This document shows, one piece after another, positions 19,783 through 31,898 of a stretch of 64,000 bases of DNA (within the stretch, counting starts at the first letter, position 1; each line of letters opens with the position of its first letter). The notes under the pieces are model-generated. The model worked only from the letters and a program-made list of their open reading frames with translations, made no database searches and had not been told where the DNA came from. The stretch is from Escherichia phage CJY920: the sequence record PQ349265.1, one strand, 5' to 3'. The position numbers were made by a program, and so were the translations under genes.

Positions 19783-22047
19783 ATGCAATTAATTAATGTT
19801 ATCAAAAGTAGTGGTGTTTCTCAGAGCTTTGACCCGCAAAAAATTATTAAAGTTTTATCTTGGGCAGCTGAAGGAACATCTGTAGATCCTTATGAATTAT
19901 ATGAAAATATTAAATCATATCTCCGTGATGGAATGACAACTGATGACATTCAAACCATTGTAATTAAGGCTGCTGCGAATTCTATTTCAGTTGAAGAGCC
20001 TGATTATCAATACGTAGCTGCACGCTGTTTAATGTTTGCTCTTCGTAAACACGTGTACGGACAGTATGAGCCCCGTTCATTTATTGACCATATTTCTTAC
20101 TGTGTAAATGAAGGTAAATACGACCCTGAACTGTTGTCAAAATATTCAGCAGAAGAAATTACATTTTTAGAATCAAAAATTAAGCACGAACGGGATATGG
20201 AATTTACTTATTCCGGGGCGATGCAATTAAAAGAAAAATATCTCGTTAAAGATAAAACCACTGGTCAAATTTATGAAACTCCACAGTTTGCATTTATGAC
20301 TATTGGAATGGCATTGCATCAAGATGAACCTGTTGACAGATTAAAACATGTTATTCGTTTTTATGAAGCAGTATCTACTCGACAGATTTCATTGCCAACT
20401 CCTATTATGGCTGGTTGTCGTACTCCGACTCGGCAATTTAGTTCATGCGTTGTTATTGAGGCAGGTGATTCGCTGAAGTCTATCAACAAAGCTTCTGCTT
20501 CAATTGTTGAGTATATTTCTAAACGAGCCGGAATCGGCATTAACGTTGGTATGATTCGTGCCGAAGGTTCTAAGATTGGCACAGGTGAAGTACGCCATAC
20601 TGGTGTTATTCCTTTTTGGAAACATTTTCAGACTGCTGTTAAATCATGCTCACAGGGTGGAATTCGTGGCGGCGCTGCTACTGCTTATTATCCTATTTGG
20701 CATTTGGAAGTTGAAAATCTTCTCGTTTTGAAAAATAACAAAGGCGTAGAAGAAAACCGTATCCGTCATATGGATTATGGTGTCCAGCTGAATGATTTGA
20801 TGATGGAACGTTTTGGAAAGAACGATTACATTACTTTGTTTAGTCCACATGAAATGGGTGGCGAACTTTATTATTCTTATTTTAAAGACCAAGACCGTTT
20901 CCGTGAATTATACGAAGCTGCAGAAAAAGACCCTAATATTCGTAAAAAGCGCATTAAAGCCCGTGAACTGTTTGAATTGCTCATGACTGAACGCTCAGGA
21001 ACAGCAAGGATTTATGTACAGTTCATTGATAATACGAATAACTATACTCCATTTATTCGTGAAAAGGCACCTATTCGTCAGAGTAACTTGTGCTGTGAAA
21101 TTGCTATTCCAACAAATGATGTGAATGGACCTGACGCTGAAGTGGGCCTCTGCACTCTTTCTGCCTTTGTTCTTGATAACTTCGATTGGCAAGACCAAGA
21201 TAAAATTAATGAATTAGCAGAAGTCCAAGTTCGCGCTCTTGATAATCTTTTGGATTACCAAGGATATCCAGTTCCTGAAGCAGAAAAAGCTAAAAAGCGT
21301 CGAAATCTTGGTGTAGGTGTTACTAACTATGCAGCTTGGCTGGCAAGTAACTTTGCTTCTTATGAAGATGCTAACGATTTAACACATGAACTATTTGAGA
21401 GATTACAGTATGGGCTCATTAAAGCATCCATTAAGCTCGCCAAAGAAAAAGGACCTTGCGAATATTATTCAGACACTCGTTGGTCTCGAGACGAATTACC
21501 TATCGACTGGTACAATAAAAAGATTGACCAAATCGCAGCTCCAAAATACGTTTGTGACTGGTCGTCGCTGCGGGAAGACCTTAAGCTCTTTGGCATCCGT
21601 AATAGCACATTATCAGCACTTATGCCATGTGAGTCATCTTCCCAAGTTTCTAACAGTACAAACGGTATCGAGCCTCCACGTGGACCAGTCTCGGTTAAAG
21701 AATCAAAAGAGGGTTCCTTTAATCAAGTCGTGCCCAATATTGAACATAACATAGACCTCTATGATTATACATGGAAATTAGCTAAGAAAGGTAATAAACC
21801 TTATCTTACGCAGGTAGCTATTATGCTTAAATGGGTATGTCAATCAGCTTCAGCGAATACATATTATGACCCGCAGATTTTTCCAAAAGGAAAGGTTCCA
21901 ATGTCTGTAATGATTGATGACATGCTATACGGATGGTATTATGGCATTAAAAACTTCTATTATCATAATACTCGTGATGGTTCCGGTACTGATGATTACG
22001 AAATAGAAACTCCAAAAGCTGAAGATTGTTCATCCTGTAAATTATGA
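19783..22047 (+). CDS. nrdA: ribonucleotide reductase large subunit (754 aa)
   Basis: From ATG 19783 (SD GAGGA): MQLINVIKSSGVSQSFDPQKI...; class Ia RNR alpha motifs; the ORF-track N-terminal extension from 19696 is rejected. Confidence 0.9.
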   Translation: MQLINVIKSSGVSQSFDPQKIIKVLSWAAEGTSVDPYELYENIKSYLRDGMTTDDIQTIVIKAAANSISVEEPDYQYVAARCLMFALRKHVYGQYEPRSFIDHISYCVNEGKYDPELLSKYSAEEITFLESKIKHERDMEFTYSGAMQLKEKYLVKDKTTGQIYETPQFAFMTIGMALHQDEPVDRLKHVIRFYEAVSTRQISLPTPIMAGCRTPTRQFSSCVVIEAGDSLKSINKASASIVEYISKRAGIGINVGMIRAEGSKIGTGEVRHTGVIPFWKHFQTAVKSCSQGGIRGGAATAYYPIWHLEVENLLVLKNNKGVEENRIRHMDYGVQLNDLMMERFGKNDYITLFSPHEMGGELYYSYFKDQDRFRELYEAAEKDPNIRKKRIKARELFELLMTERSGTARIYVQFIDNTNNYTPFIREKAPIRQSNLCCEIAIPTNDVNGPDAEVGLCTLSAFVLDNFDWQDQDKINELAEVQVRALDNLLDYQGYPVPEAEKAKKRRNLGVGVTNYAAWLASNFASYEDANDLTHELFERLQYGLIKASIKLAKEKGPCEYYSDTRWSRDELPIDWYNKKIDQIAAPKYVCDWSSLREDLKLFGIRNSTLSALMPCESSSQVSNSTNGIEPPRGPVSVKESKEGSFNQVVPNIEHNIDLYDYTWKLAKKGNKPYLTQVAIMLKWVCQSASANTYYDPQIFPKGKVPMSVMIDDMLYGWYYGIKNFYYHNTRDGSGTDDYEIETPKAEDCSSCKL

Positions 22048-22063
22048 TATAATTACCACAAGG

Positions 22064-23656
22064 ATGTGGTTAACTAAGAATAACGCTATGTTTGATAATA
22101 TATACAAAAACGGAAAGTTTCTTCCATTTGGAGAAGAAAAACTTAAATCTAGACTAACAGAAGAAGATAAAGCTCTTCTAACTGATGGAATAGATTTTAA
22201 GCTCAATGTGTTCCAAATTATGGAAGGCATTGACATTAACGATCTAAAATGTGCAGTTTGTGGAAATTTCATTTCTCTGAAAACAGCAAAGAAACGTGTA
22301 TTTCCAGCAACATGTAGTAAATCCTGCTCAGGGATATTTTTCGCGGATAAGAGAATTCAAAGCCGTGATACAAATTTTGGCGGAAAAGAAAAATATAAAA
22401 AATATTTGTCTGAACTTCAACACAAAAATTCTTTAGAAAAATATGGAACAACTCATCAAAAAATTTCAAGAAATAAAAATAGAAAAACTTTAATTGAACG
22501 ATATGGGGTAACGCATAATTCACAATTAGAAAGTGTGAAAGAAGCGAGAAAAGTTATAGAAAACGGTAAATCAGTTGATATTCTGAATTCTAAAAAATCT
22601 CGCGAAAAATCTAAGAAGACTAAATTAAATTGGACTGAAGAATATAAGGCATCGTTATATTCATCTATAGGAAAATCTATTAAAAATAACGGTCATATTA
22701 ATCATGATATACTAGATAAAATCAATTACAAAATTTCTATAGAAGAACTACAACAATTAGCAAATTGTTCTCGGATGACGGCTTATAGAGCTCTTTCATC
22801 CAAAGGACTAATTGACGTTCATTATACTCAAAGTTCTATAGAGCAATTCATTTTAGATCTAGGATTTGATTGCGTAGAAACTAGAAAAATTATTCCTCCG
22901 TATGAATTAGATATTTACATTCCTGAGAAAAAATTGGCTATAGAATACGATGGAATTTATTGGCATTCTAGCGGGTCAAAGGAAACAGATAAAATTAAAG
23001 AAACTTATCATTTGATGAAGACAGAGATGTGTGAAGCACAAGGAATTCAATTACTTCACATCTTCGAAAATGAATGGATTGATGATACAAAAAGAGAGAT
23101 CTGGAAATCCATTATAAAGCATAAATTAGGATTATCAGAAAGAATACCAGCCCGAAAATGCAAAGCACGGTTTGTTAATAAGGATGAGGCAAAAGAATTT
23201 ATTAATAAGAATCATCTTCAAGGATTTTGCTCAGGAGCTCATACGTATAAAGGACTTTATTACAATAATGAGTTAGTTCAAATTATTTCTATCGGTAAAT
23301 CTAGATATAGCTCAGGTGATGAACTTTTAAGGATGTGTTCAAAATTAGGGGTTTGTGTTGTAGGAGGAGCCTCAAAATTATTAAAAGGAATTAATTGTCT
23401 ATCTTATGGCAATCGAAGATGGTGCAGTACATTATCAAATGTTTATGACTCTGTCATGGAATTTAGTCATATCTCTGAGCCATGTTATTGGTACGTCGAT
23501 AAAGGAGAGGTATTTCACCGCTCAAGCTATATGAAACATAAGCTTAAAAACAAGCTTAAAAATTATGATGATACAATAACTGAAGTAGAAAATTGTTATG
23601 CAAATGGTCTTAGAAGAATCTGGGACTGTGGAAATTTAGTTTACAGGACAAAATAA
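22064..23656 (+). CDS. putative free-standing homing endonuclease (530 aa): zinc-finger-like N-terminus, tandem YG-TH repeats, Vsr/DUF559-like nuclease core
   Basis: Cys cluster CAVCGNF...CSKSCSG; repeats EKYGTTHQKIS / ERYGVTHNSQ; core PYELDIYIPEKKLAIEYDGIYWHS...GIQLLHIFENEW resembles DUF559/Vsr-type PD-(D/E)xK nucleases; sits at the nrdA-nrdB position where T4 has mobE. Confidence 0.55.
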   Translation: MWLTKNNAMFDNIYKNGKFLPFGEEKLKSRLTEEDKALLTDGIDFKLNVFQIMEGIDINDLKCAVCGNFISLKTAKKRVFPATCSKSCSGIFFADKRIQSRDTNFGGKEKYKKYLSELQHKNSLEKYGTTHQKISRNKNRKTLIERYGVTHNSQLESVKEARKVIENGKSVDILNSKKSREKSKKTKLNWTEEYKASLYSSIGKSIKNNGHINHDILDKINYKISIEELQQLANCSRMTAYRALSSKGLIDVHYTQSSIEQFILDLGFDCVETRKIIPPYELDIYIPEKKLAIEYDGIYWHSSGSKETDKIKETYHLMKTEMCEAQGIQLLHIFENEWIDDTKREIWKSIIKHKLGLSERIPARKCKARFVNKDEAKEFINKNHLQGFCSGAHTYKGLYYNNELVQIISIGKSRYSSGDELLRMCSKLGVCVVGGASKLLKGINCLSYGNRRWCSTLSNVYDSVMEFSHISEPCYWYVDKGEVFHRSSYMKHKLKNKLKNYDDTITEVENCYANGLRRIWDCGNLVYRTK

Positions 23657-24331
23657 TGAGTACAGTTTTTAATACTAAACAGGTCGATGTTTTAAAAGAA
23701 CCTATGTTTTTTGGTTCAGGTCTTGGTATTGCGCGTTATGATATTCAACGGCATCGAGTATTTGAAGAACTTATTGAACGTTCGCTCTCGTTTTTCTGGC
23801 GTCCGGAAGAAGTAAACTTGATGATGGATGCTGCACAGTTTAATAAGCTTCCTCAGTATCAACAAAATATTTTTACTAATAATCTGAAGTATCAATCATT
23901 ACTTGATAGTATTCAAGGTCGTGCGCCGTCTGCTGTACTTATGCCATTGCTTTCAGACCCAAGCCTTGATACATGGGTTGCTACATGGACTTTTAGTGAA
24001 ACTATTCACAGTCGTTCATATACTCATATCATGCGAAATCTTTATACTGATCCATCGAAGGTATTTGATGAGATTGTACTAGATGAAGCTATCATGAAAC
24101 GTGCTGAATCTATCGGTCGCTATTATGATGATGTTCTGACTAAAACCCGTGAATGGGAAAATGCTAAAGAATTTACAGAACTAGCTAAAGAATCTCCTGA
24201 TGCTGTTTTTCGTTTAAATCGAGCTATTAAACAAGAAGCCGAAGCTAAACGTGCTTTAATGAAATCTCTTTACCTCTGTTTGCATGTTATCAACGCATTG
24301 GAAGCTATTCGTTTTTATGTATCTTTCGCGT
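23656..24331 (+). CDS. nrdB: ribonucleotide reductase small subunit, exon 1
   Basis: ...NALEAIRFYVSFA then T of a split Cys codon; R2 signature as in E. coli NrdB. Confidence 0.85.
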
Positions 24332-24640
24332 AAAATGCGCCTTTAAGCAGTAATGCTTATCGAAAACTCCTTTAATTGCTGGAAAATCCAGAAATGGAAA
24401 ACTAGCAGCCAAGGTTTTGCTTGCACCTTTAATTAGTATCATATTATAAATATGATTATACTTTTAAGAGGATGCACAATTGCAAAGCAAGGTTCAACGA
24501 CTAGTCTTCGGACGTAGGGTCAAGCGACTCGAAATGGGGAGAATCCCTCTGGGATTGTGATATAGTCTGGTCTGCATAGTAATATGTAGCAGTTCATAAG
24601 AGAACGGGTTGAGAATTAGCGAGCTCAATCGAACATAACG
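24332..24640 (+). ncRNA. group I self-splicing intron in nrdB, ORF-less (about 309 nt; boundaries within a few nt)
   Basis: Core GTAGGGTCAAGCGACTCGAAA and GATATAGTCTGGTCTGCAT paralogous to the td intron core; ends ...GAACATAACG; no ORF inside. Confidence 0.7.
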
Positions 24641-25143
24641 GTACCTTTAACTTCCATAAGAACATGGAAATCATGGAAGGTAATGCCAAGATTATGAAGT
24701 TCATTGCTCGTGATGAACAGCTTCACCTTAAGGGTACCCAATATATTATTCGTCAACTTCAATCCGGTACTGATGGTGATGAATGGGTTAAAATTGCTCA
24801 AGAGTGTGAACAAGAAGCAGTTGATATTTTCATGGAAGTTAACCGTCAAGAAAAAGACTGGGCAGTTCATTTATTTAAAGATGGTGATGTTCCTGGATTA
24901 AATACAAATAGCATGTGGAGCTTTATTGATTACTTAACTGTATCTCGTATGAAACAGTGTGGTCTTCCATGCCCAATTACCGATGCTCCGGTTAAACATC
25001 CATATCCTTGGATTCGTGAATACCTTAATTCTGATAATGTTCAATCCGCGCCACAAGAAGTAGAACTATCATCTTACCTTGTAGCACAGATTGATAATGA
25101 TGTTGATGATAAAGTTATGATGAGTTTTAAAAAATATTTTTAA
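24641..25143 (+). CDS. nrdB: ribonucleotide reductase small subunit, exon 2
   Basis: Splice restores [36 protein letters not shown]..., homologous to E. coli [24 protein letters not shown]... Confidence 0.85.
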
Positions 25144-25170
25144 GGAGTGGGCCGCAAGGCCCATTTTATT

Positions 25171-25173
<3 letters not shown>
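25141..25173 (+). promoter_or_regulatory. SD (AGGAG) - GNRA hairpin - AUG arrangement at denA (split RBS and/or nrdB terminator)
   Basis: AGGAG 25143-47, hairpin TGGGCC-GCAA-GGCCCA 25148-63, TTTTATT, ATG 25171. Confidence 0.5.
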
Positions 25174-26758
<1,585 letters not shown>

Positions 26759-26761
26759 GCT

Positions 26762-26814
26762 GTTTACAAGTTCCTCATGTTGTGTTATAGTAGTCTTACT
26801 GACATAACATGAGG
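26762..26814 (+). promoter_or_regulatory. early promoter with embedded 9-bp inverted repeat (copy A), upstream of alc
   Basis: GTTTAC 26762-67, extended -10 TGTTATAGT; arms CCTCATGTT (26773-81) and AACATGAGG (26806-14), the latter overlapping the alc SD GAGGA. Confidence 0.6.
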
Positions 26815-26822
26815 ACTTTATG

Positions 26823-27326
26823 ATGGATTTGCAGCTTATTACTACTGAGATGGTCGTTGAAGCATACGGTGATACTACAGATGGGATTTCTGTGTTTAAA
26901 GGAAATCGTCGAGTTGGATATATCACCGATCTTAAGAAAGATTTAGCTAAGCAAGTCAAGCGGAAAACGACCATTAAAGAATATCGAAATCGTCGTCTTG
27001 AGCAAGCCCGTGATATGCTTCCTGATGCAGTTGAGGAGATGAAAGTCTTTTTAGAAAATCAGCTTGCGAAATATGATTGTGATGTGTTCATTAATCAGAC
27101 TCAACCTAATGTTCACATTAATAGTTGTAAATGTTACATCATCGTTAATCCTTTGACGGGAAAACATCGTCTTGGAATTAGTAATCCAAATCGTAGTGCA
27201 TCAGATATGGCAGAAGATGTTGAGGCATGCTTTAAAATTTCTAAATCTCCGGCTGAACATCACATTTTAATTAACGGTCTTTCTCAAGACGATATTGTAG
27301 AGGTTATTAAAACTTTATGCATGTAA
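26823..27326 (+). CDS. alc: Alc, transcription termination on cytosine-containing DNA (167 aa)
   Basis: 167 aa; position between rnlA and the spanin genes as in T4. Confidence 0.8.
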   Translation: MDLQLITTEMVVEAYGDTTDGISVFKGNRRVGYITDLKKDLAKQVKRKTTIKEYRNRRLEQARDMLPDAVEEMKVFLENQLAKYDCDVFINQTQPNVHINSCKCYIIVNPLTGKHRLGISNPNRSASDMAEDVEACFKISKSPAEHHILINGLSQDDIVEVIKTLCM

Positions 27327-27670
27327 GTAATTTTACAGCTGGATTGCTATTACTTGTAATAGCATTTGGCGGAACATCTATTATTTTAAAAAATAAGGTA
27401 GAAAGATTAGAAACATCGGTTACTGAAATTACAAAAACGGCCAATGAAAACGCTTTAGCATTAAATAATTTGCGAATTCAGTATAATTATATTGATGCGA
27501 TGAATAATAAAAATCGTGAGGCAATTGCTGCTATTGAGCGTGAAAATGAAAAACTGCGCAAAGACGCAAAGAAGGCGGATGTGGTGGCTCATAAGCCAGG
27601 ATTGGTTGAAAAACAAATCAACAACTCCTTCAACAAGTTCGCAGAAGACATCCAGGACCTTTCTAAATGA
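27317..27670 (+). CDS. pseT.3: i-spanin (inner-membrane spanin subunit), PseT.3-like (117 aa)
   Basis: N-terminal TM helix FTAGLLLLVIAFGGTSIIL followed by coiled-coil-like periplasmic domain; immediately precedes a lipoprotein gene. Confidence 0.7.
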   Translation: MHVSNFTAGLLLLVIAFGGTSIILKNKVERLETSVTEITKTANENALALNNLRIQYNYIDAMNNKNREAIAAIERENEKLRKDAKKADVVAHKPGLVEKQINNSFNKFAEDIQDLSK

Positions 27671-27966
27671 TTAAACTATCGGCAGTAATATTATCTATTG
27701 GTCTTCTAGTTGGTTGTTCGACAAAGCCTCTAGAAGTAAAGAAAGAAACAGTTCATCCTAATTGGCCTGTGCAAATAAAGTCATATGACGAAGCTAAACT
27801 ATCTTGGCAAGTTAAAGTTATTGATGGTAAAGCTTGGGTCGGTATGCCATTCGAAGATTCTCAGGAATTTCGTATTTGGCTTAATGATGTAAAACGATAT
27901 GTACATGACCAAAAAACTATGATATGTTATTATCGTCAAGAGCTAAAAGAGGATAAATGTAAATGA
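27667..27966 (+). CDS. pseT.2: o-spanin (outer-membrane lipoprotein spanin subunit), PseT.2-like (99 aa)
   Basis: Signal peptide with lipobox LLVGC|S (MIKLSAVILSIGLLVGCSTKP); start overlaps i-spanin stop. Confidence 0.7.
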   Translation: MIKLSAVILSIGLLVGCSTKPLEVKKETVHPNWPVQIKSYDEAKLSWQVKVIDGKAWVGMPFEDSQEFRIWLNDVKRYVHDQKTMICYYRQELKEDKCK

Positions 27967-28187
27967 TTTCATGGCATCAATTTGAACATCTCAAAGGATT
28001 GATTTATGAATCTGAGATGGCTGCAATGATTTATGGACGCCAGATTCAACGATTAGAATCTTTACCTCCAACTAATGATGTTTTATTAGCTCAATCACGT
28101 GCTAATCTCAAAAATGAATATCAAAATAAGTGGGGTAAAGCATCTAAAGACCTGCATGATTATATTCAATCATTGGTTGAGAAATAA
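27963..28187 (+). CDS. hypothetical protein (74 aa)
   Basis: ATG overlapping previous stop. Confidence 0.45.
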   Translation: MISWHQFEHLKGLIYESEMAAMIYGRQIQRLESLPPTNDVLLAQSRANLKNEYQNKWGKASKDLHDYIQSLVEK

Positions 28188-28190
28188 TAA

Positions 28191-29415
<1,225 letters not shown>

Positions 29416-29416
<1 letters not shown>

Positions 29417-29613
29417 TGGCGTGGCATCATGAAACTTGGTCTATTGTTATTGTAAATAGTGGTTTAGTTGGTACTAGTAATGGGCAATTTTGTGTATTCA
29501 CTAGTGAAATCAGAGCTTGGGAGGAATGCCTTAAATTAAGAGAAAAGAATCCTGATGTTGAACTAACAGTAAAGAAAACTAAACTGCCTTTACCATGGAA
29601 AACTTATGAATAA
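29416..29613 (+). CDS. hypothetical small protein (65 aa)
   Basis: ATG overlapping pseT stop (TAATG), GGAG SD; ORF-track start at 29386 lies inside pseT. Confidence 0.4.
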
Positions 29614-29806
29614 CATAGAAAAGATTTATCAACTTTGCGATAAAATTGAAAAAGAAAAGAAATATCTATTTTGTTTATGGCCTATTGTTGATGGAAGAAT
29701 AGACTTAGATATTCTTGATTATGAAACAGAAGACATAGTAGATGGTTCAACTTTTGATAATGCGTTGGATGTTATTAATTGGCTTGAAGAAAATTATGTG
29801 GGGTGA
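29606..29806 (+). CDS. hypothetical small protein (66 aa)
   Basis: ATG ORF in the pseT-cd small-gene cluster. Confidence 0.45.
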   Translation: MNNIEKIYQLCDKIEKEKKYLFCLWPIVDGRIDLDILDYETEDIVDGSTFDNALDVINWLEENYVG

Positions 29807-29808
29807 AT

Positions 29809-30084
29809 ATGTTTCCGACTTATTCTAAAATCGTAGAAGTAGTGTTTAGCCAAATTATCGCTAATAACATGTTTGAAAAGCTTGATAACGCAGCTGAGCT
29901 TCGAATTCATGCTCAAGTGACTCATGTATTGAACACTTTGCTTCCAGACCAGGTGGATTCTATTGCAATTACGCTGTATCCAGGTTCCGCGCATATCATT
30001 GTCGTATTCGGTCTTGATGCTGAGCTAGTCATCAAAGGCGATATTCGCTTTGAATCACAGACATCAGAATTCAAAGCAATTTAA
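29809..30084 (+). CDS. hypothetical small protein (91 aa)
   Basis: First ATG of ORF whose track start is GTG 29803. Confidence 0.45.
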   Translation: MFPTYSKIVEVVFSQIIANNMFEKLDNAAELRIHAQVTHVLNTLLPDQVDSIAITLYPGSAHIIVVFGLDAELVIKGDIRFESQTSEFKAI

Positions 30085-30086
30085 TG

Positions 30087-30116
30087 GTTTACTTTATGGT
30101 AGAGTTGTGATATTAT
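30087..30116 (+). promoter_or_regulatory. early promoter
   Basis: GTTTAC 30087-92, TGATATTAT extended -10. Confidence 0.5.
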
Positions 30117-30147
30117 AGCTCTACCAAAACAAATGAGGAAAAACAAA

Positions 30148-30402
30148 ATGCTAAGTGAAAAACCAATTACTGTTAAAGAATTCCAAGAAAAAGTTAAACT
30201 ATTTGCTCAGGAATTGGTAAATAAGGTTTCTGAACGATTTCCTGAAACATCGGTTCGTGTTATTACCGAGACTCCTCGTTCAGTATTAGTAATTGTGAAT
30301 CCAGGTGATGGTGACCAAATAACACATCTCAAATTGGATTTTGATGGATTAGTTGAAGCACAAAGGGTGTATGGCGACTATGATGAATTTAACTTGATAT
30401 AA
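30148..30402 (+). CDS. hypothetical small protein (84 aa)
   Basis: ATG 30148 with GAGGA SD. Confidence 0.45.
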   Translation: MLSEKPITVKEFQEKVKLFAQELVNKVSERFPETSVRVITETPRSVLVIVNPGDGDQITHLKLDFDGLVEAQRVYGDYDEFNLI

Positions 30403-30482
30403 TTGATAATTGTCTTGAAAATGATACTGGCGATCATAGAGCGCTTGATTCTGAAACAGCGCAGTTCATTAGAATAACTTTA

Positions 30483-30719
30483 ATGAACGATACTCTAGTG
30501 AACAGTATTCATCCTTCTGTGTATGATGCTATTATTGTGACGAAGTATCCAGTTGAGCTTCACAAAAAGATGGCTGGTGCAATTTTTATTGATAAGAAAA
30601 ACCGCTTTAAAGACGGGCAGAATATAATTAGTTCTGTTATTAAAAGTATAACTAAACTTCGTCACGAAATTTATCGTGTTGAAACTGCTAAATCTGCTTA
30701 TCTGGTGATTATGAAATGA
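30483..30719 (+). CDS. hypothetical small protein (78 aa)
   Basis: ATG ORF; stop overlaps cd start. Confidence 0.45.
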   Translation: MNDTLVNSIHPSVYDAIIVTKYPVELHKKMAGAIFIDKKNRFKDGQNIISSVIKSITKLRHEIYRVETAKSAYLVIMK

Positions 30720-31297
30720 AAGCGAGTACAGTACTTCAAATTGCATATTTAGTATCACAAGAATCAAAATGTTGCTCCTGGAAGGTAGGAGCAGTAATTG
30801 AAAAGAATGGACGTATTATTTCTACTGGATATAACGGTTCTCCGGCAGGTGGTGTGAATTGCTGTGATTATGCTGCCGAGCAAGGTTGGTTGCTGAATAA
30901 GCCTAAACATACTATCATTCAAGGTCATAAGCCCGAATGTGTATCGTTTGGTTCAACTGATCGTTTTGTCTTGGCGAAAGAACACCGTAGCGCTCACTCT
31001 GAATGGTCGTCTAAAAATGAAATTCATGCTGAACTAAATGCGATTTTGTTTGCTGCACGAAATGGTTCTTCAATTGAAGGTGCTACTATGTATGTAACAC
31101 TTTCTCCTTGCCCAGATTGCGCAAAAGCGATAGCTCAATCTGGTATTAAAAAGCTGGTTTATTGCGAAACATACGATAAAAATAAACCTGGCTGGGATGA
31201 TATTCTGCGAAATGCAGGTATTGAAGTGTTCAATGTTCCTAAGAAAAACTTGAATAAGTTAAACTGGGAAAATATCAACGAATTCTGTGGTGAATAA
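30716..31297 (+). CDS. cd: dCMP deaminase (193 aa)
   Basis: Zinc-binding deaminase motifs HAELNAILFAARNG and SPCPDCA; 193 aa as T4 Cd. Confidence 0.9.
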   Translation: MKASTVLQIAYLVSQESKCCSWKVGAVIEKNGRIISTGYNGSPAGGVNCCDYAAEQGWLLNKPKHTIIQGHKPECVSFGSTDRFVLAKEHRSAHSEWSSKNEIHAELNAILFAARNGSSIEGATMYVTLSPCPDCAKAIAQSGIKKLVYCETYDKNKPGWDDILRNAGIEVFNVPKKNLNKLNWENINEFCGE

Positions 31298-31533
31298 TGA
31301 AATTTCGTTTGGTAAAGCTCACAGCAATTAGTTCTTATTCTAACGAGAACATCTCATTTGCTGTAGAGTATAAGAAATATTTTTTCTCTAAATGGAAGCA
31401 GTATTATAAGTCAGAATGGGTTTGTATTGATAGACCATATAGTTGGAAATCTGATTTAGAAAAATGCCAAAAACTGCTTTCCACACTTAAAGAACGTGGA
31501 ACAACCCATATTAAAACCGTGATAGGTAAATAA
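31297..31533 (+). CDS. hypothetical protein (78 aa)
   Basis: ATG overlapping cd stop. Confidence 0.5.
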   Translation: MKFRLVKLTAISSYSNENISFAVEYKKYFFSKWKQYYKSEWVCIDRPYSWKSDLEKCQKLLSTLKERGTTHIKTVIGK

Positions 31534-31842
31534 ATGAAACTGACAACTAAGCAGAAGCAAGCAATTCGTGAAATTTTGAAAACTAAATTGTCCATGGGTA
31601 TTTCAAACGTGGTTTTTGAAAAGTCTGATGGTACTATTCGTACTATGAAAGGCACTCGTGATGCTGACTTTATGCCAACCATGCAAACCGGTAAATTGAC
31701 TGAATCTACTCGGAAAGAATCTATTGATATGATTCCAGTATTTGATGTTGAGCTTGGTGCATGGCGAGGCTTTTCTATTGACAAATTGATTTCCGTTAAT
31801 GGTATGAAAGTTGAGCATTTGCTTCAATTTATTGGTAAATAA
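31534..31842 (+). CDS. hypothetical protein (102 aa)
   Basis: ATG ORF upstream of gene 31. Confidence 0.5.
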   Translation: MKLTTKQKQAIREILKTKLSMGISNVVFEKSDGTIRTMKGTRDADFMPTMQTGKLTESTRKESIDMIPVFDVELGAWRGFSIDKLISVNGMKVEHLLQFIGK

Positions 31843-31870
31843 ATGCTTTAAGAATTATTTGTTATTATTA
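31842..31870 (+). promoter_or_regulatory. middle promoter (MotA box ATGCTTTA, -10 TATTAT) for gene 31
   Basis: TGCTT at 31844-48 and TATTAT about 19 bp downstream. Confidence 0.55.
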
Positions 31871-31898
31871 ACTCATCTGTTAACAAAAAGGAAAAACG

